Shown here piece after piece: positions 52,147-62,852 of a DNA stretch of 64,000 nucleotides. Position 1 is the stretch's first letter, and every line of letters starts with the position of its first letter. The position numbers and the translations under genes are program-made. The notes under the pieces were generated by a model. It was given only the letters and a program-made list of their open reading frames with translations, did not search any database and was not told the origin of the DNA. The stretch lies in NCBI RefSeq assembly GCF_054482525.1, contig NZ_CM137006.1, one strand, 5' to 3'.

Positions 52147-52623
52147 TTAAAGCAGACCGTGTTCGGCAAAGGAGAAAACCTGGTTGCCACCGACTATCAG
52201 ATGGTCCGGCACCCGGATATCCACCAGGCCCAGTGCCTGTACCAGACGTTCCGTGATAAGGCGGTCTGCCTTACTGGGTGTGACTTCACCGGACGGGTGA
52301 TTGTGCGCCAGCACCACGGCAGCGGCATTGTGGTACAGGGCGCGTTTAATCACTTCCCGGGGATGGACTTCCGTGCGGTTGATGGTGCCGGTGAAGAGGG
52401 TTTCACCGGCAATCAGCTGATTCTGGTTATTCAGATACAGTACCCGGAACTCTTCACGCTCCAGTCCCGCCATGTTCAGAATCAGCCATTCCCGTGCCGC
52501 ACGGGTGGAGGTGAAGGCCACGCCGGGTTCATGAAGATGGCGTTCCAGGGTTTTCAGGGCCCGCAGAATGAGACTGCGCTCGCCGGGCGTCATCTCTCCT
52601 GGCAGAAAGGAAAGTTGTTGCAT
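52147..52623 (-). CDS. yeeS: RadC-like JAB-domain protein (YeeS/YkfG/YfjY family)
   Basis: 158-aa from ATG 52623; JAMM-like motif HNHPSGEVTPSKAD. Confidence 0.8.
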   Translation of the reverse strand: MQQLSFLPGEMTPGERSLILRALKTLERHLHEPGVAFTSTRAAREWLILNMAGLEREEFRVLYLNNQNQLIAGETLFTGTINRTEVHPREVIKRALYHNAAAVVLAHNHPSGEVTPSKADRLITERLVQALGLVDIRVPDHLIVGGNQVFSFAEHGLL

Positions 52624-52638
52624 TGTGCTTCTCTCCAT

Positions 52639-53124
52639 TCAGTCGATGATGCGCATAATGGCGCTGCATTCCGGATGCTGCAGGGCGTAATCCCGCAGCC
52701 GGTAATAATGGACCGTCATGGCATAACACTCCGTACGACAGGCATGATGACTGTACGTCATCAGACAGGCAGCAATGCCGGCGGCTTCCGGGCTCATTTC
52801 AGCGCGGTTACCGTTCATGACATTGAACAGTACCCATGTTTCGTCATCATCGTCATCCGGTTCGGGTGCCATAAATGCCCCTCCGTTATTCAGTGTGTAC
52901 AGATTCCAGATACCACCGCAGTAGTCTTCACACAGACGGTCCATCCAGCCGAAGACACGGGGCTCCAGGGTCACCCACTGTGGAATGAGGCCAAAGTGCT
53001 GTGGCCAGAAGCTGATGCACTGTTCATCAGGGACGGGAGTGGCAACCAGTTGAGACTGGTTATTCCCTGATGCAGTAGTTACGGAAACAGAAGGTGTGGT
53101 GGAATTATGTGAAACGGTTGTCAT
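52639..53124 (-). CDS. Antirestriction protein (KlcA/ArdB-like; YfjX/YafX/YeeR-neighbourhood family)
   Basis: 161-aa; acidic stretch EPDDDDDETW; family resemblance. Confidence 0.7.
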   Translation of the reverse strand: MTTVSHNSTTPSVSVTTASGNNQSQLVATPVPDEQCISFWPQHFGLIPQWVTLEPRVFGWMDRLCEDYCGGIWNLYTLNNGGAFMAPEPDDDDDETWVLFNVMNGNRAEMSPEAAGIAACLMTYSHHACRTECYAMTVHYYRLRDYALQHPECSAIMRIID

Positions 53125-53214
53125 GATATTATTCCTTATAAAAAGCAAATGAATGAAGAAGGCTCGGGGGCAGGGACAGACGTGAGTCAGGACGGCGCTT
53201 TCAGGTAAACGGTA

Positions 53215-54033
53215 TCAGCGCATGTTCTCCAGCAGCGTTTCCGCCATCACCCATAATGCGCGATTGAGCTTAATATCGGTGTCGATGCTGTGAATGGCCC
53301 GGGTATGGATACGTTTTCCTCTGGCACTGCGGCCGGAAATTCCGCCTTTCAGCATATTCTCCTGGATGGTCTGATATGCGCTCCACAGGTCCTTACCGTA
53401 ATCCTCCCTGCGTCGTGGCGTAAGAATGTCAGCGGTGGTGACGGGCTGATGTTCGTCACCATAACGGTAAGTCAGGGCCGCCTGTGCCAGCGCCTGGCGT
53501 GCCGGTGGCGGCAGGACCAGCGACTGCATGGCATCACGCTTCTCCTCTATCCGGTCAAACACGCCCACCACCTCGTAAGCCCCTTCGATAACTTTCTCCA
53601 CTACATTTCCCCGGTGTGGAACACGCACTTCCCCCAGAGACTGGCCACAGACGCACCCGTTCTGGCAGACGAACCTGAAGTAACCCGGCAGCATCTGGTA
53701 GCTGGAGGTACCGTCATGAGAGTTGAGCAGAATAATTTCAGGGACATGTTCTCCGTTTATCTCTCCGGCCCGCCGCAGACGCAGCATGTGTTTGGTATAT
53801 TCCCGGCGGCTCTGGTCGCGCACACGGGTCTGGCAGGCGAAGAACGGCTGAAAGCCTTCCCGCTGCAGATTTTCCAGGACGGTAATGGTGGGAATGTACG
53901 CATACCGTTCACTGCGGGAGGTGTGCCGGTCTTCCCCAAAAATACTGGGTACATGGCGTATCAGTTCTTCATGTGTCAGCGGACGGTCACGGCGTATCTG
54001 GTTTACATGACCAAAACGACTTGCTAATCGCAT
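53215..54033 (-). CDS. DUF932-family protein (YafZ/YfjQ-like)
   Basis: 272-aa; typical size and sequence of the YafZ/YfjQ family found in CP4-type elements. Confidence 0.7.
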   Translation of the reverse strand: MRLASRFGHVNQIRRDRPLTHEELIRHVPSIFGEDRHTSRSERYAYIPTITVLENLQREGFQPFFACQTRVRDQSRREYTKHMLRLRRAGEINGEHVPEIILLNSHDGTSSYQMLPGYFRFVCQNGCVCGQSLGEVRVPHRGNVVEKVIEGAYEVVGVFDRIEEKRDAMQSLVLPPPARQALAQAALTYRYGDEHQPVTTADILTPRRREDYGKDLWSAYQTIQENMLKGGISGRSARGKRIHTRAIHSIDTDIKLNRALWVMAETLLENMR

Positions 54034-54123
54034 GATTTGCTCCTTATGAATGAGTTAGCGGTATAAATGAAAAAGCCGCGTCTTCTGGAGAAGACGCGGC
54101 CTGATGGATCAAGTGAATGACGT

Positions 54124-54357
54124 TTATTGCCTGAGAATTCCCTCACTGGCGAGATACGGATTTAGCTGTTTTCCGGCATCAGGTTCAAAATTCCAGCACC
54201 GCCAGCGTAGCTGCCCTTCAGCATTGCGAATAACCAACCGGAAATGTGTTCCCTGGTCATCTTCAATAAGCACATTAAGGTAAGCCGTTGTGACGGCAAG
54301 TGCCTGGTTGCGTGAGAAAGGGCCTTCGGGCAATAAACGTGATGTACAACCCGGCAT
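54124..54357 (-). CDS. Small DUF905-like protein (YkfF/YfjR-like)
   Basis: 77-aa ORF immediately downstream of the Ag43 gene. Confidence 0.5.
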   Translation of the reverse strand: MPGCTSRLLPEGPFSRNQALAVTTAYLNVLIEDDQGTHFRLVIRNAEGQLRWRCWNFEPDAGKQLNPYLASEGILRQ

Positions 54358-54427
54358 ATCTGTTGCTCCCTGTAAGTAAAAGGCCCCGGTAATGATGACC
54401 GGGGCCTGAAGGGGAGTGACCTGATTA

Positions 54428-57274
54428 TCAGAAAGTCACGTTCAGTGTGGCCTGACCGTTATAACCTTCAGCGCTGCTGCCGCTGACACTGTGGGCATAA
54501 CCGGCCTGAACGCCCAGGGTGATATTTTCCCGGACACGGGCTTCCAGTCCGGCCTGCAGGTCCAGTGACGTGCCATTCTGGGACGGTGAGAACGTCATGT
54601 TACTGCCGGCTGCGGCTGTACCCATGCTCATGTCTCCCCGGGAGCTGAAGGTGCGGATAACAGAAGGCTGTACCCACCAGTTCACCGGCAGTTCACTCAC
54701 GCTGTGTTTGGCACTGTCGCGCAGGGTGTCACGGGATGAGGTGCCTTCGCCAAAGGTCATATCGTTGTGGCTGCCCAGACGGAAACCGGCACGCACATGT
54801 TGTGCACTGCCATGCCCGAACTTCACATAACCGGCGTTATCCTGACCGTCATCCAGGGAGAGCCCCTGCCAGGTGTACTGCAGTTGTGGCTCCAGCATCA
54901 GGTTGTCAGTGATACTGAAGGGCAGACCGGTTTCCAGTGAGCCCAGCCAGCCCCAGCCCCGGGCGCGGAAGTCGTTATTGTCCGATGACGCTTTCATGCT
55001 GTGGCGGGTTCCCTGTGCCACAATGTCAGCCCACAGGCCGGAGGATGTGTGTACCAGATTCAGGTATCCGCCCAGACTGCCGGCATCATCCCGGACCGTG
55101 CCGGCGCGGGAGCCGTCATCATCCTTAACATCAACGGAAGAATGGCCTGCAGCACCATACACCCCTGTCGTCAGAGACATACCGGCAACCTCTGTTCTGA
55201 GCAGGTCACCCTCCAGACGGACGAAGCCATAGCTGCCGCTGCTTTCCGGCGTGGCCCCACGGGCAATACCGCCGTTGTTATCGTGCCCGAGATGACCGCC
55301 CTGAATGCTGAGACGGACGCTGTTATTTTCACCGTTTACACCGGTCTGATGGCTGCGGGAGCCTGCCAGAATCCGGTCATAGTCCATTGCCTGTGTCAGC
55401 ATGGAGGCATACAGGGGGACTTCAGCACGATAAGCATTTTCACTGCGCAGGTACCAGTCTTCATCGCTGTCACGGTTCAGGGTGTAGTTAAAGGCGCCGG
55501 CCTGAAGCGGGCGGCTCAGGGCAAACGCACCTTCTTCTGTGGTGGCACCATTCTGTGCATCCACAACCCGGATACCCTGTCCGGTGGTTGCCACCCCGAG
55601 GTTACTGTTTCCGACATTTGTGAACGCAAGCCAGGTTTTGCCGGTTGCCTGGCCACCATTAATCACCAGCTGGTCAGAGGCATTGCTGCCATCAAGGCGA
55701 ACACGCATATTGATGGTGCCCCCCTGACCGGTGAGGTTACTGGTGGTCAGTTTATGGAACGTTACCGGGGAGTCGCCTTTTGCAACAGCACGGCTCAGCG
55801 CGGCATCCGGTGTCGTCTGATTATCAAAGTGAATCTCTCCTGCGTTAACAATATCGCCGGTACTGACCACATCACCATTCAGTACCATGCTGGCGCCTTT
55901 ACTGAGCTGTGTTCTGCCACTCAGACTTCCCCCGGCAGCCAGCGTCAGTGTTCCACGATGTCCGACAGTGGTGTTGCCTGCCTGTCCCCCGGCATTAACC
56001 GTAAAGCTGCCGCCATTTTCCAGTAGCAGGCCGCTGGCCTGCCCGGATATGCCATCAATACTGAACTTACCGCTGGCATTGGTCCCCTCAACAGTGGCAC
56101 CACTGTCTGCTATCAGGGCACCACCGGATGTCATGGTGACATCTGTTGCCTTACCACCGGCAGACACTGCCAGGGTACCGCCGTCATCCACCAGTGTTTT
56201 CTGCGCTGAATGGCCCTCCAGTACATCCAGGCGACCGCCGGACTCCAGAACAACGCCGTCAGCCTTACCGTTTTCCACCGTGAAATTGCCCAGACGGTTG
56301 CTGCCGGTGACGGTTGCCGCCGTACTGGTGACCAGTGCGCCGCCCTGCGTCAGGGTGACATTCGTGGCTGTACCACCGGCGTTCACCTGCAGTTTGCCTT
56401 TCTGGTTAACGGTGGTGAAATCCGCCAGACCACCTTCCTTGATAATCTGCCAGCCGTCACTGTTAACAACAGTGCCAGACGCCGTACCGCCGTTGTGCAC
56501 ATACTGGTACCCCCCATTCAGCGTGGTATCCAGTGCGTGACCATGTACAGTCTGGTCGCCGCCGGCATAAACCACAGTGGTATTTGCCGTTCCTTCAGCA
56601 GCCACAATCTGACGACCATTTTTATTGATGGTGGTGCGTACGGCATCTCCGTAGACGGTCTGCCCGGTATCACCATTTTCCGCATCCGGTCCTCCTTCCG
56701 CGCCAGTATTCACAACCGTGTCGGTTGCCATTGCGCCGGATTTGACGGCCTGCCAGCCCTTCTCATTAATGACGGTACCCGTTGCAATCCCGCCTTCATG
56801 TACCCACTGCTCACCGCCGTTCAGAGTGGTGTTCACTGCCTGCCCCTGAAGGCTCTGTCCGCCTCCGGCCCTGATAACCGTGTCTGAAACGCTTCCTCCG
56901 GCATTCACTCTCTGAAGACCACCACCGGTGACAGTAGTGTTGTTGGCGATACCGCCATTTTGTATCCATTGCCCGCCGGTATTGGCCTCGTTATCCGGCC
57001 CATACTCCAGACCGGTACTGATGGTCATTCCGTTGGCTGTACCGAAGACAATCTGGTTGTCATGATTTTCCAGTGCTCCGCCGCTCACGGTTTCTCCCGC
57101 CTGTACAACCGTGTCAGCAGCCAGTACCGGGAGTGATGTGACAGCAGCAAGAGACAGCGCAACCGCCACACCGGCGCGTTTTCCCCGTGAGCGGGCCAGT
57201 TCGGAGGCCACCACCAGGGTGCCCGTAATGTGATTCCATACCAGCCTGTAGCTGGTGTTCAGATGTCGTTTCAT
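54428..57274 (-). CDS. flu: Antigen 43-family self-associating autotransporter adhesin
   Basis: 948-aa from ATG 57274 ([31 protein letters not shown]... extended signal peptide); Gly/Thr/Asn-rich beta-helical passenger; C-terminal beta-barrel ending ...NVTF. Confidence 0.9.
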   Translation of the reverse strand: MKRHLNTSYRLVWNHITGTLVVASELARSRGKRAGVAVALSLAAVTSLPVLAADTVVQAGETVSGGALENHDNQIVFGTANGMTISTGLEYGPDNEANTGGQWIQNGGIANNTTVTGGGLQRVNAGGSVSDTVIRAGGGQSLQGQAVNTTLNGGEQWVHEGGIATGTVINEKGWQAVKSGAMATDTVVNTGAEGGPDAENGDTGQTVYGDAVRTTINKNGRQIVAAEGTANTTVVYAGGDQTVHGHALDTTLNGGYQYVHNGGTASGTVVNSDGWQIIKEGGLADFTTVNQKGKLQVNAGGTATNVTLTQGGALVTSTAATVTGSNRLGNFTVENGKADGVVLESGGRLDVLEGHSAQKTLVDDGGTLAVSAGGKATDVTMTSGGALIADSGATVEGTNASGKFSIDGISGQASGLLLENGGSFTVNAGGQAGNTTVGHRGTLTLAAGGSLSGRTQLSKGASMVLNGDVVSTGDIVNAGEIHFDNQTTPDAALSRAVAKGDSPVTFHKLTTSNLTGQGGTINMRVRLDGSNASDQLVINGGQATGKTWLAFTNVGNSNLGVATTGQGIRVVDAQNGATTEEGAFALSRPLQAGAFNYTLNRDSDEDWYLRSENAYRAEVPLYASMLTQAMDYDRILAGSRSHQTGVNGENNSVRLSIQGGHLGHDNNGGIARGATPESSGSYGFVRLEGDLLRTEVAGMSLTTGVYGAAGHSSVDVKDDDGSRAGTVRDDAGSLGGYLNLVHTSSGLWADIVAQGTRHSMKASSDNNDFRARGWGWLGSLETGLPFSITDNLMLEPQLQYTWQGLSLDDGQDNAGYVKFGHGSAQHVRAGFRLGSHNDMTFGEGTSSRDTLRDSAKHSVSELPVNWWVQPSVIRTFSSRGDMSMGTAAAGSNMTFSPSQNGTSLDLQAGLEARVRENITLGVQAGYAHSVSGSSAEGYNGQATLNVTF

Positions 57275-57491
57275 CAGCTTTTCCTTACAGAGGGTGAATA
57301 AAAAAGCCGGTACCCACAAATGTGGATACCGGCAGGTACAAAACAGCATGGTCAGATAAAGTGGTTTTTCCCGGACATAAATGCTTCCCCTCTCTCATCC
57401 GCCTGAGAAGTATCAGTCCGTTGTGTGCAATTCCGTTCTGCATGATGAAGAGATTCAGCTGCCTTTTCGCAGGCCATTAACCACTATAAAC

Positions 57492-57527
57492 GATCGATAT
57501 AAACGATCGATATCTGTTTTATCGATC
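57492..57527 (-). promoter_or_regulatory. Three clustered GATC sites upstream of the Ag43 gene (Dam/OxyR phase-variation switch)
   Basis: GATC at 57492-57495, 57505-57508 and 57524-57527 within 36 bp, about 220-250 bp upstream of the Ag43 start. Confidence 0.75.
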
Positions 57528-57646
57528 GTTTTATTCTATTAATAACAAGGCAGCCACGCAAGAGAAACAGGAGGAGTATGAGGGGTTTGTGTCATGTTTT
57601 CAGTTGGTTAACGCAATGTAATCAGGCATTTCCTCTGGCAGAGTGT

Positions 57647-58519
57647 TCAGAAGAAAATCCAGTTCCATACAGCGCGGGCAACAGAGACCACCGAGTCACG
57701 GACGGCACGCAGAACCGTGCGTGCAACAGAGGCAATACAGACGCTCTCCGCTGTGTCAAATATCCGGTCCACCGCACCGGTAAACTGTTCACGGGCCTGA
57801 GACCGGACAGATTCCGTGCGCAGCTCGTCCTGCAGGCGGGTCATCAGGGGACTGGCGGCATGGTCGGGAAGCGCTGTCATGAGCGCACTGACCAGCGTAT
57901 CCAGTTCCCAGCCGGTGCGGGCCGATACGGCCACAACCGGATGTACGGGCCGGAACAGACGGAATACCGCCTCCGTTTTTTCGCGAATATTCTGTGCCTG
58001 TGCGGGAGAAGGCTGAATACCGGCCATATCCCATTCATGGCAGGGCTCCGTTTTGTCGGCCTGCGTCACCACAAACAGCACCTGCTGATGTCCCCGGTGC
58101 AGGATGTGTCGCCAGAAATACTCATCCACAGACAGGGCGCGGTCATCGGCTTTAATCAGCCACAGCACCAGGTCCAGTTCGGGCAGAATGTCACGGTACA
58201 GGGCTTCATACTCTGCATCTCTGTCCCGGCTCTCGCCCACCCCGGGCAGGTCAGTGATAACCATGCTGTGACCGTGGCCACTCAGACGGAAGCGCCGCAC
58301 TTCCCGGGTGCCGGCGTGAACATCACTGACCGGGGTGACCTCCCCCTGAAACAGTGCATTACAGAGTGAGGATTTACCGGCCCCGCTTTTACCCATAATG
58401 CCAATCACGGGTTCGTGACTGGTGAGTTTGCGCAGATGTTCCAGGATGTGACGGGAAAGTGAGTAAGGCAGGGAGGAGAGCGGTTTTTCAATTGCCTCAA
58501 TGGCATCAGACGGATTCAT
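57647..58519 (-). CDS. yeeP: YeeP/YfjP/YkfA-family GTPase
   Basis: 290-aa from ATG 58519 (MNPSDAIEAIEKPLSS...); P-loop GIMGKSGAGKSSLCNALF; G3-like DLPGVGES. Confidence 0.8.
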   Translation of the reverse strand: MNPSDAIEAIEKPLSSLPYSLSRHILEHLRKLTSHEPVIGIMGKSGAGKSSLCNALFQGEVTPVSDVHAGTREVRRFRLSGHGHSMVITDLPGVGESRDRDAEYEALYRDILPELDLVLWLIKADDRALSVDEYFWRHILHRGHQQVLFVVTQADKTEPCHEWDMAGIQPSPAQAQNIREKTEAVFRLFRPVHPVVAVSARTGWELDTLVSALMTALPDHAASPLMTRLQDELRTESVRSQAREQFTGAVDRIFDTAESVCIASVARTVLRAVRDSVVSVARAVWNWIFF

Positions 58520-58748
58520 ACATGTATTCCCGGTGAAAAAAGACAAAACCCCGCACACCGGAAAGATGGCGGGGGGATTCACGGAGATAATATCTGCCTG
58601 AAATTATTTGGAATGCAGGTATATGTGGCTGATTTGTATCAGCTAATGAGTACAGGTCTGAATCTAATCTGACAGTCCGCTCTGTGCCAGGAGCGGACAT
58701 TGTTTTCCAACTATTACCTAAGCCTGCGAACCATCTCATCTTCACCCC

Positions 58749-59636
58749 TTAAATTCTCAATGTATCGATAACCGCTCGTAGGGCGGGTGACACATTGCGG
58801 TGCGGATAATAGATATATGAACCCTCCAGGCGTTGGCTGTAGCATTGCAAAACTCTGATTAGCGCCCCCTGTTCTATATCATCAGACACTAATTCCTCCG
58901 GAACATAGGCCAGCCCCAGACCTAGCCTTGCGGCTTTGGCTTCCATATAACTGTCAGCAAAGGCCCATTGTCCCTGAGGCTGATGGGTGATCTTTTTACC
59001 GTCCTGATTGAGTTCCCAGACATACAGACTGCCGTCGCCGAACTGGTAAGCGATGCAGGGATGACCTACTAAATCGGTGGGGGTTTGTGGAAATCCGTAG
59101 CGCTGAAAGTGCCCGGGCGTGCCGACAACAGCCATCTCCATATCGGGCGAAATGCGCACCGCAACCATACCGCTATCCACTTCCGAGCCCAGACGTATAC
59201 CGGCATCGAAGCGCTCAGTAATAATATCGACAAACCGGCTTTCGCTGATGAGCTCCAGCCGAATATCCGGGTATCGTTGTTTAAACACCGCCAGCTTCGG
59301 CAGCAGCACTTTATCAATGGCGTGCTGGCTCGCATTAATTCGGACCGTACCCGATGGTGTATGGCGATAATGGGCCAGTGTGGCAAGCCCCATATCTAAG
59401 GCGTCAAATCCAGATTCGACGTTTCGATAGAGTAACTCGCCGGCATGGGTGAGCGATAACTTGCGCGTGGTGCGTACCAGAAGCTGCACGCCCAGTCGCT
59501 CTTCCAGCTCGCGCACTGCACGGCTAATTCCTGATTGCGCCAGGCCAAGCCTCTGCGCGGCGGCGGTAAAACTCCCTTCTCGCACGACCTGCATAAACAG
59601 ATAGAGATCGTTATAGTTTTCCCGTTTCGCCATCAT
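58749..59636 (-). CDS. LysR-family transcriptional regulator
   Basis: 295-aa; N-terminal HTH (FTAAAQRLGLAQSGISRAVRELEERLGVQLLVRTTRKLSLT); divergent from a hydrolase/transporter pair. Confidence 0.85.
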   Translation of the reverse strand: MMAKRENYNDLYLFMQVVREGSFTAAAQRLGLAQSGISRAVRELEERLGVQLLVRTTRKLSLTHAGELLYRNVESGFDALDMGLATLAHYRHTPSGTVRINASQHAIDKVLLPKLAVFKQRYPDIRLELISESRFVDIITERFDAGIRLGSEVDSGMVAVRISPDMEMAVVGTPGHFQRYGFPQTPTDLVGHPCIAYQFGDGSLYVWELNQDGKKITHQPQGQWAFADSYMEAKAARLGLGLAYVPEELVSDDIEQGALIRVLQCYSQRLEGSYIYYPHRNVSPALRAVIDTLRI

Positions 59637-59788
59637 CCTTCCCCTGCTGCATCACAATTCAGAACAATATGTTATTAATCTTAGCATTTTTTACCCTCTA
59701 ATTAGCACTATTAATGCTAACTATAATGTGCGCGTTGCAACAAAGCACAGCAGTGTTATCCGTATGAAACCAGTATCTGGCATATTTT

Positions 59789-60940
59789 ATGAGGGGGATT
59801 TTGATGACTGCTTTCACCCAAAAATTGACAGCCGCGATACCCACCATGCTGTTATGCGTATCATTAAGTGGAGTCACAAATATGAGTTACGCTGATACAA
59901 CCAATCCGAACGCGCCCGTTTCGCAGGTCGAGAAATGGGATAAAACTTTTGCTGAGAGCACGAAAGTTGATCACCGTAAGGTGACCTTTCCGAACCGGTA
60001 CGGGATCACCTTAGTCGGGGATCTCTATATACCGAAGGATCGTGGCGATCGCAAGCTGGCAGCAATTGCTGTTAGTGGCCCCTTCGGGGCGGTGAAAGAG
60101 CAATCCAGCGGCCTGTATGCGCAGACGCTGGCTGAACGGGGGTTTGTCACTCTGGCTTTTGACCCTTCATACACGGGTGAAAGCGGTGGCTACCCGCGAA
60201 ACGTCGCATCTCCGGATATCAACACCGAGGATTTCAGCGCGGCGGTTGATTTCTTAGGCCTGCAAAAAGAGGTGGATCGCAACCGTATCGGGTTGCTCGG
60301 CATCTGCGGATGGGGTGGCATGGCCTTAAACGACGCCGCGATGGACACACGTGTCAAGGCGGTGGCGAGCAGCGTGATGTATGACATGAGCCGTGCAATG
60401 GGGCATGGCGTGGGCGATGGCAAAGACCGCTATACCACTGCCGATCGTCGTGCCGTATTGCAGTATTTGAACATGCAGCGCTGGAAGGATGCTGAAAATG
60501 GCGCTTTCGCGCCAGGCGGGCATGATATTTACGTTGATGAGAAGGGCAACGTCACCGCTTCCGATCGTATTTTACCGGAAACTTTGCCAGCGAATTCTAA
60601 TCCGGTATTGAAAGAGTTCTTTGATTATTACCGCATGCCGCGTGGTTTCCATGCGCGTTCGGTCAACTCAACCAGTGCCTGGAATGCAACCATGCCTCTG
60701 TCATTTATGAATATGCCGCTGCTGAGTTACGCTAATGAAGTTACTATCCCTACACTCATCGTGACCGGTGAAAAAGCCCATTCACGCTATTTTGCTGAAG
60801 ATGCCTTTAAGGCAATCGGCAGCAAAGAGAAAGAGTTAGTGATTGTCCCCGAGGCAAACCATGTTGATCTGTACGACAACGTTGCGGGTAAGATCCCATT
60901 TGCCAAATTTGAGCAATTTTTCAAGGCAAACTTAAGATAA
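59789..60940 (+). CDS. Secreted alpha/beta-hydrolase-fold protein (dienelactone-hydrolase-like, putative Cys nucleophile)
   Basis: 383-aa (alternative ATG at 59804); signal peptide; nucleophile-elbow-like GICGWGG. Confidence 0.65.
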   Translation: MRGILMTAFTQKLTAAIPTMLLCVSLSGVTNMSYADTTNPNAPVSQVEKWDKTFAESTKVDHRKVTFPNRYGITLVGDLYIPKDRGDRKLAAIAVSGPFGAVKEQSSGLYAQTLAERGFVTLAFDPSYTGESGGYPRNVASPDINTEDFSAAVDFLGLQKEVDRNRIGLLGICGWGGMALNDAAMDTRVKAVASSVMYDMSRAMGHGVGDGKDRYTTADRRAVLQYLNMQRWKDAENGAFAPGGHDIYVDEKGNVTASDRILPETLPANSNPVLKEFFDYYRMPRGFHARSVNSTSAWNATMPLSFMNMPLLSYANEVTIPTLIVTGEKAHSRYFAEDAFKAIGSKEKELVIVPEANHVDLYDNVAGKIPFAKFEQFFKANLR

Positions 60941-60956
60941 CCCGAAAGGTTTACCA

Positions 60957-60986
60957 GGCCACCTGTCGTAAACGGGTGGCTTTTAA
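60957..60986 (+). terminator. Rho-independent terminator after the hydrolase gene
   Basis: Hairpin gccacc-tgtcgtaaacg-ggtggc followed by tttt. Confidence 0.55.
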
Positions 60987-61117
60987 CTGCCTGGTGTGAT
61001 GCAGAATATGCCGCATCGCCCTATATTCTCACCCAACTATTATGTCGTTATTCCCTGAATAACTTCTGACCCGATTGCGCTTGAATCTGGCTGGTTCGAT
61101 ATTAAGGGGGGCTAATA

Positions 61118-62311
61118 ATGTCCACTGTAAGTCTCAAACAATTATACGGAAAAACGCATGCATACTGGAGCGGCGTATTCGCCATGACGCTTTGCGTGTT
61201 TGTGCTGATCGCTTCTGAGTTTATGCCAGTCAGCCTGCTTACGCTCATTGCCCATGATTTGCACGTTACCGAAGGGCTGGCAGGGCAAGGAATTGCTGTC
61301 TCTGGTGCGCTGGCGGTGCTTACCAGTCTGACTATCTCCCGTATTGTCGGAGACCTGAATCGAAAATATCTTTTGCTGGGACTGACGGTCTTAATGGCCA
61401 TATCGGGAATAATTATCACTATAGCACCTGACTATCCGGTTTATATGCTGGGGAGGGCTCTGATTGGTGTTGTCATTGGAGGGTTCTGGTCAATGTCGGC
61501 TGCAACCGCCATTCGGCTCGTGCCGCAGCACCAGGTTTCCCGCGCACTGGCAATTTTTAACGGCGGAAACGCACTGGCCACCGTTGTGGCAGCGCCACTT
61601 GGTAGCTATCTGGGGACAACCATCGGCTGGCGTGGGGCCTTTTTATGTCTGGTCCCCCTTGCGATAGCTGCGTTCATCTGGCAATGGGTCAGTCTGCCTC
61701 CGATGGAAAGTGATAAAACACAAAAGCCACAGAGATCTGTGCTTCGCCTGTTCAGCGTTGCCATCGTACCAACGGGACTGCTGGCCTGCGGACTCTTCTT
61801 TATGGGACAGTTTGCTTTATTTACCTACGTGCGCCTCTTTCTGGAGAGCGTCACCAGAGTGGGACCTTCTGATCTTTCTCTGATTTTGCTCGCAATAGGT
61901 GTAGCAGGCTTTGTCGGCACAATGATCGTCTCAACATTCCTGAACACCATATTTTATAAGACCTTAATAATGATCCCGTTGCTTATGGCAGCGATTACCG
62001 GTGCGTTACTGCTGGTCGGACACCATATCTGGGCTGTTGCCGTTTTACTCAGCCTGTGGGGGCTACTTGCGACAGCTGCGCCAACGGGGTGGTGGACATG
62101 GATAGCACGCGCGTTACCCGAAGATGCAGAGACGGGGGGAGGCCTCATGGTTGCAGTGATTCAGTTATCTATTGCACTTGGTTCAACGGCTGGAGGTCTG
62201 GTATTCGACAGTCTGGGATGGAGAAGTGCTTTTGGTTTAAGTGGTTTGTTACTTCTGGGAGCGGTAGCGATGACATGTGCCACATCCCGTCAAAACAGGA
62301 AGGCGCAGTAG
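61118..62311 (+). CDS. MFS-family transporter (12 TMS)
   Basis: 397-aa highly hydrophobic ORF with MFS-like loop motifs. Confidence 0.8.
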   Translation: MSTVSLKQLYGKTHAYWSGVFAMTLCVFVLIASEFMPVSLLTLIAHDLHVTEGLAGQGIAVSGALAVLTSLTISRIVGDLNRKYLLLGLTVLMAISGIIITIAPDYPVYMLGRALIGVVIGGFWSMSAATAIRLVPQHQVSRALAIFNGGNALATVVAAPLGSYLGTTIGWRGAFLCLVPLAIAAFIWQWVSLPPMESDKTQKPQRSVLRLFSVAIVPTGLLACGLFFMGQFALFTYVRLFLESVTRVGPSDLSLILLAIGVAGFVGTMIVSTFLNTIFYKTLIMIPLLMAAITGALLLVGHHIWAVAVLLSLWGLLATAAPTGWWTWIARALPEDAETGGGLMVAVIQLSIALGSTAGGLVFDSLGWRSAFGLSGLLLLGAVAMTCATSRQNRKAQ

Positions 62312-62836
62312 CGCAATCCTTTTATTTCTGGCGTACGCTCTTTAAGGCATCCGGCTGAGAGGCTAATGATCACTCCTCGCTCACAACGGACCTTCAGCTC
62401 AGCCGCTCCGGCCGCTTCATGCCATGAATGTACGCAGCCAGTCAGAATATTAAGGTGCGGATTTCAGTTCACTTGCCAGCCCAGTGATACAGGACAGTAA
62501 TGACCAACAATTTGGTATTGATACAACAAGTTGCGGCCCCGGTTCGTGGGGGAGATGAAACGAAGGTAGCTGAAGTTACTGAAATGAAGAATTCAGAGAG
62601 ACTGAATGATATGCCTCACCTTTAGTGAATAGTGTAAAAACGGGAGACTCTCACCCGAGATTATCCACTCATGCTCAATGTATAACTTTCGTGCCCCTCA
62701 CAGGTAAGAGCCGGATACATTCGTTGTGTATGCTGCAGAATTGGTAACCGGGGCCCTGCAGTCTTTAACTCCATGTCTTGTGCTGCTCATTTGCCACAAA
62801 ATCCTGGTACGTCTGCTCAATCATTTCATTCAGCAG

Positions 62837-62852
62837 TTTTTTTGGGGGGGGG
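62837..62852 (+). repeat. T7-G9 homopolymeric tract in an ORF-poor remnant
   Basis: tttttttggggggggg in the sequence; the minus-strand frame across it is open for ~83 codons but has no start codon. Confidence 0.6.

Noticed and set aside
52159-53070. 303-aa plus-strand ORF overlapping yeeS and the antirestriction gene
   Set aside because: Spans two well-supported minus-strand genes and their junction; no independent support.
55001-56887. Plus-strand ORFs (341, 217 and 225 aa) within the Ag43 gene
   Set aside because: Antisense shadow frames of the repetitive Gly/Thr-rich passenger-domain coding sequence.
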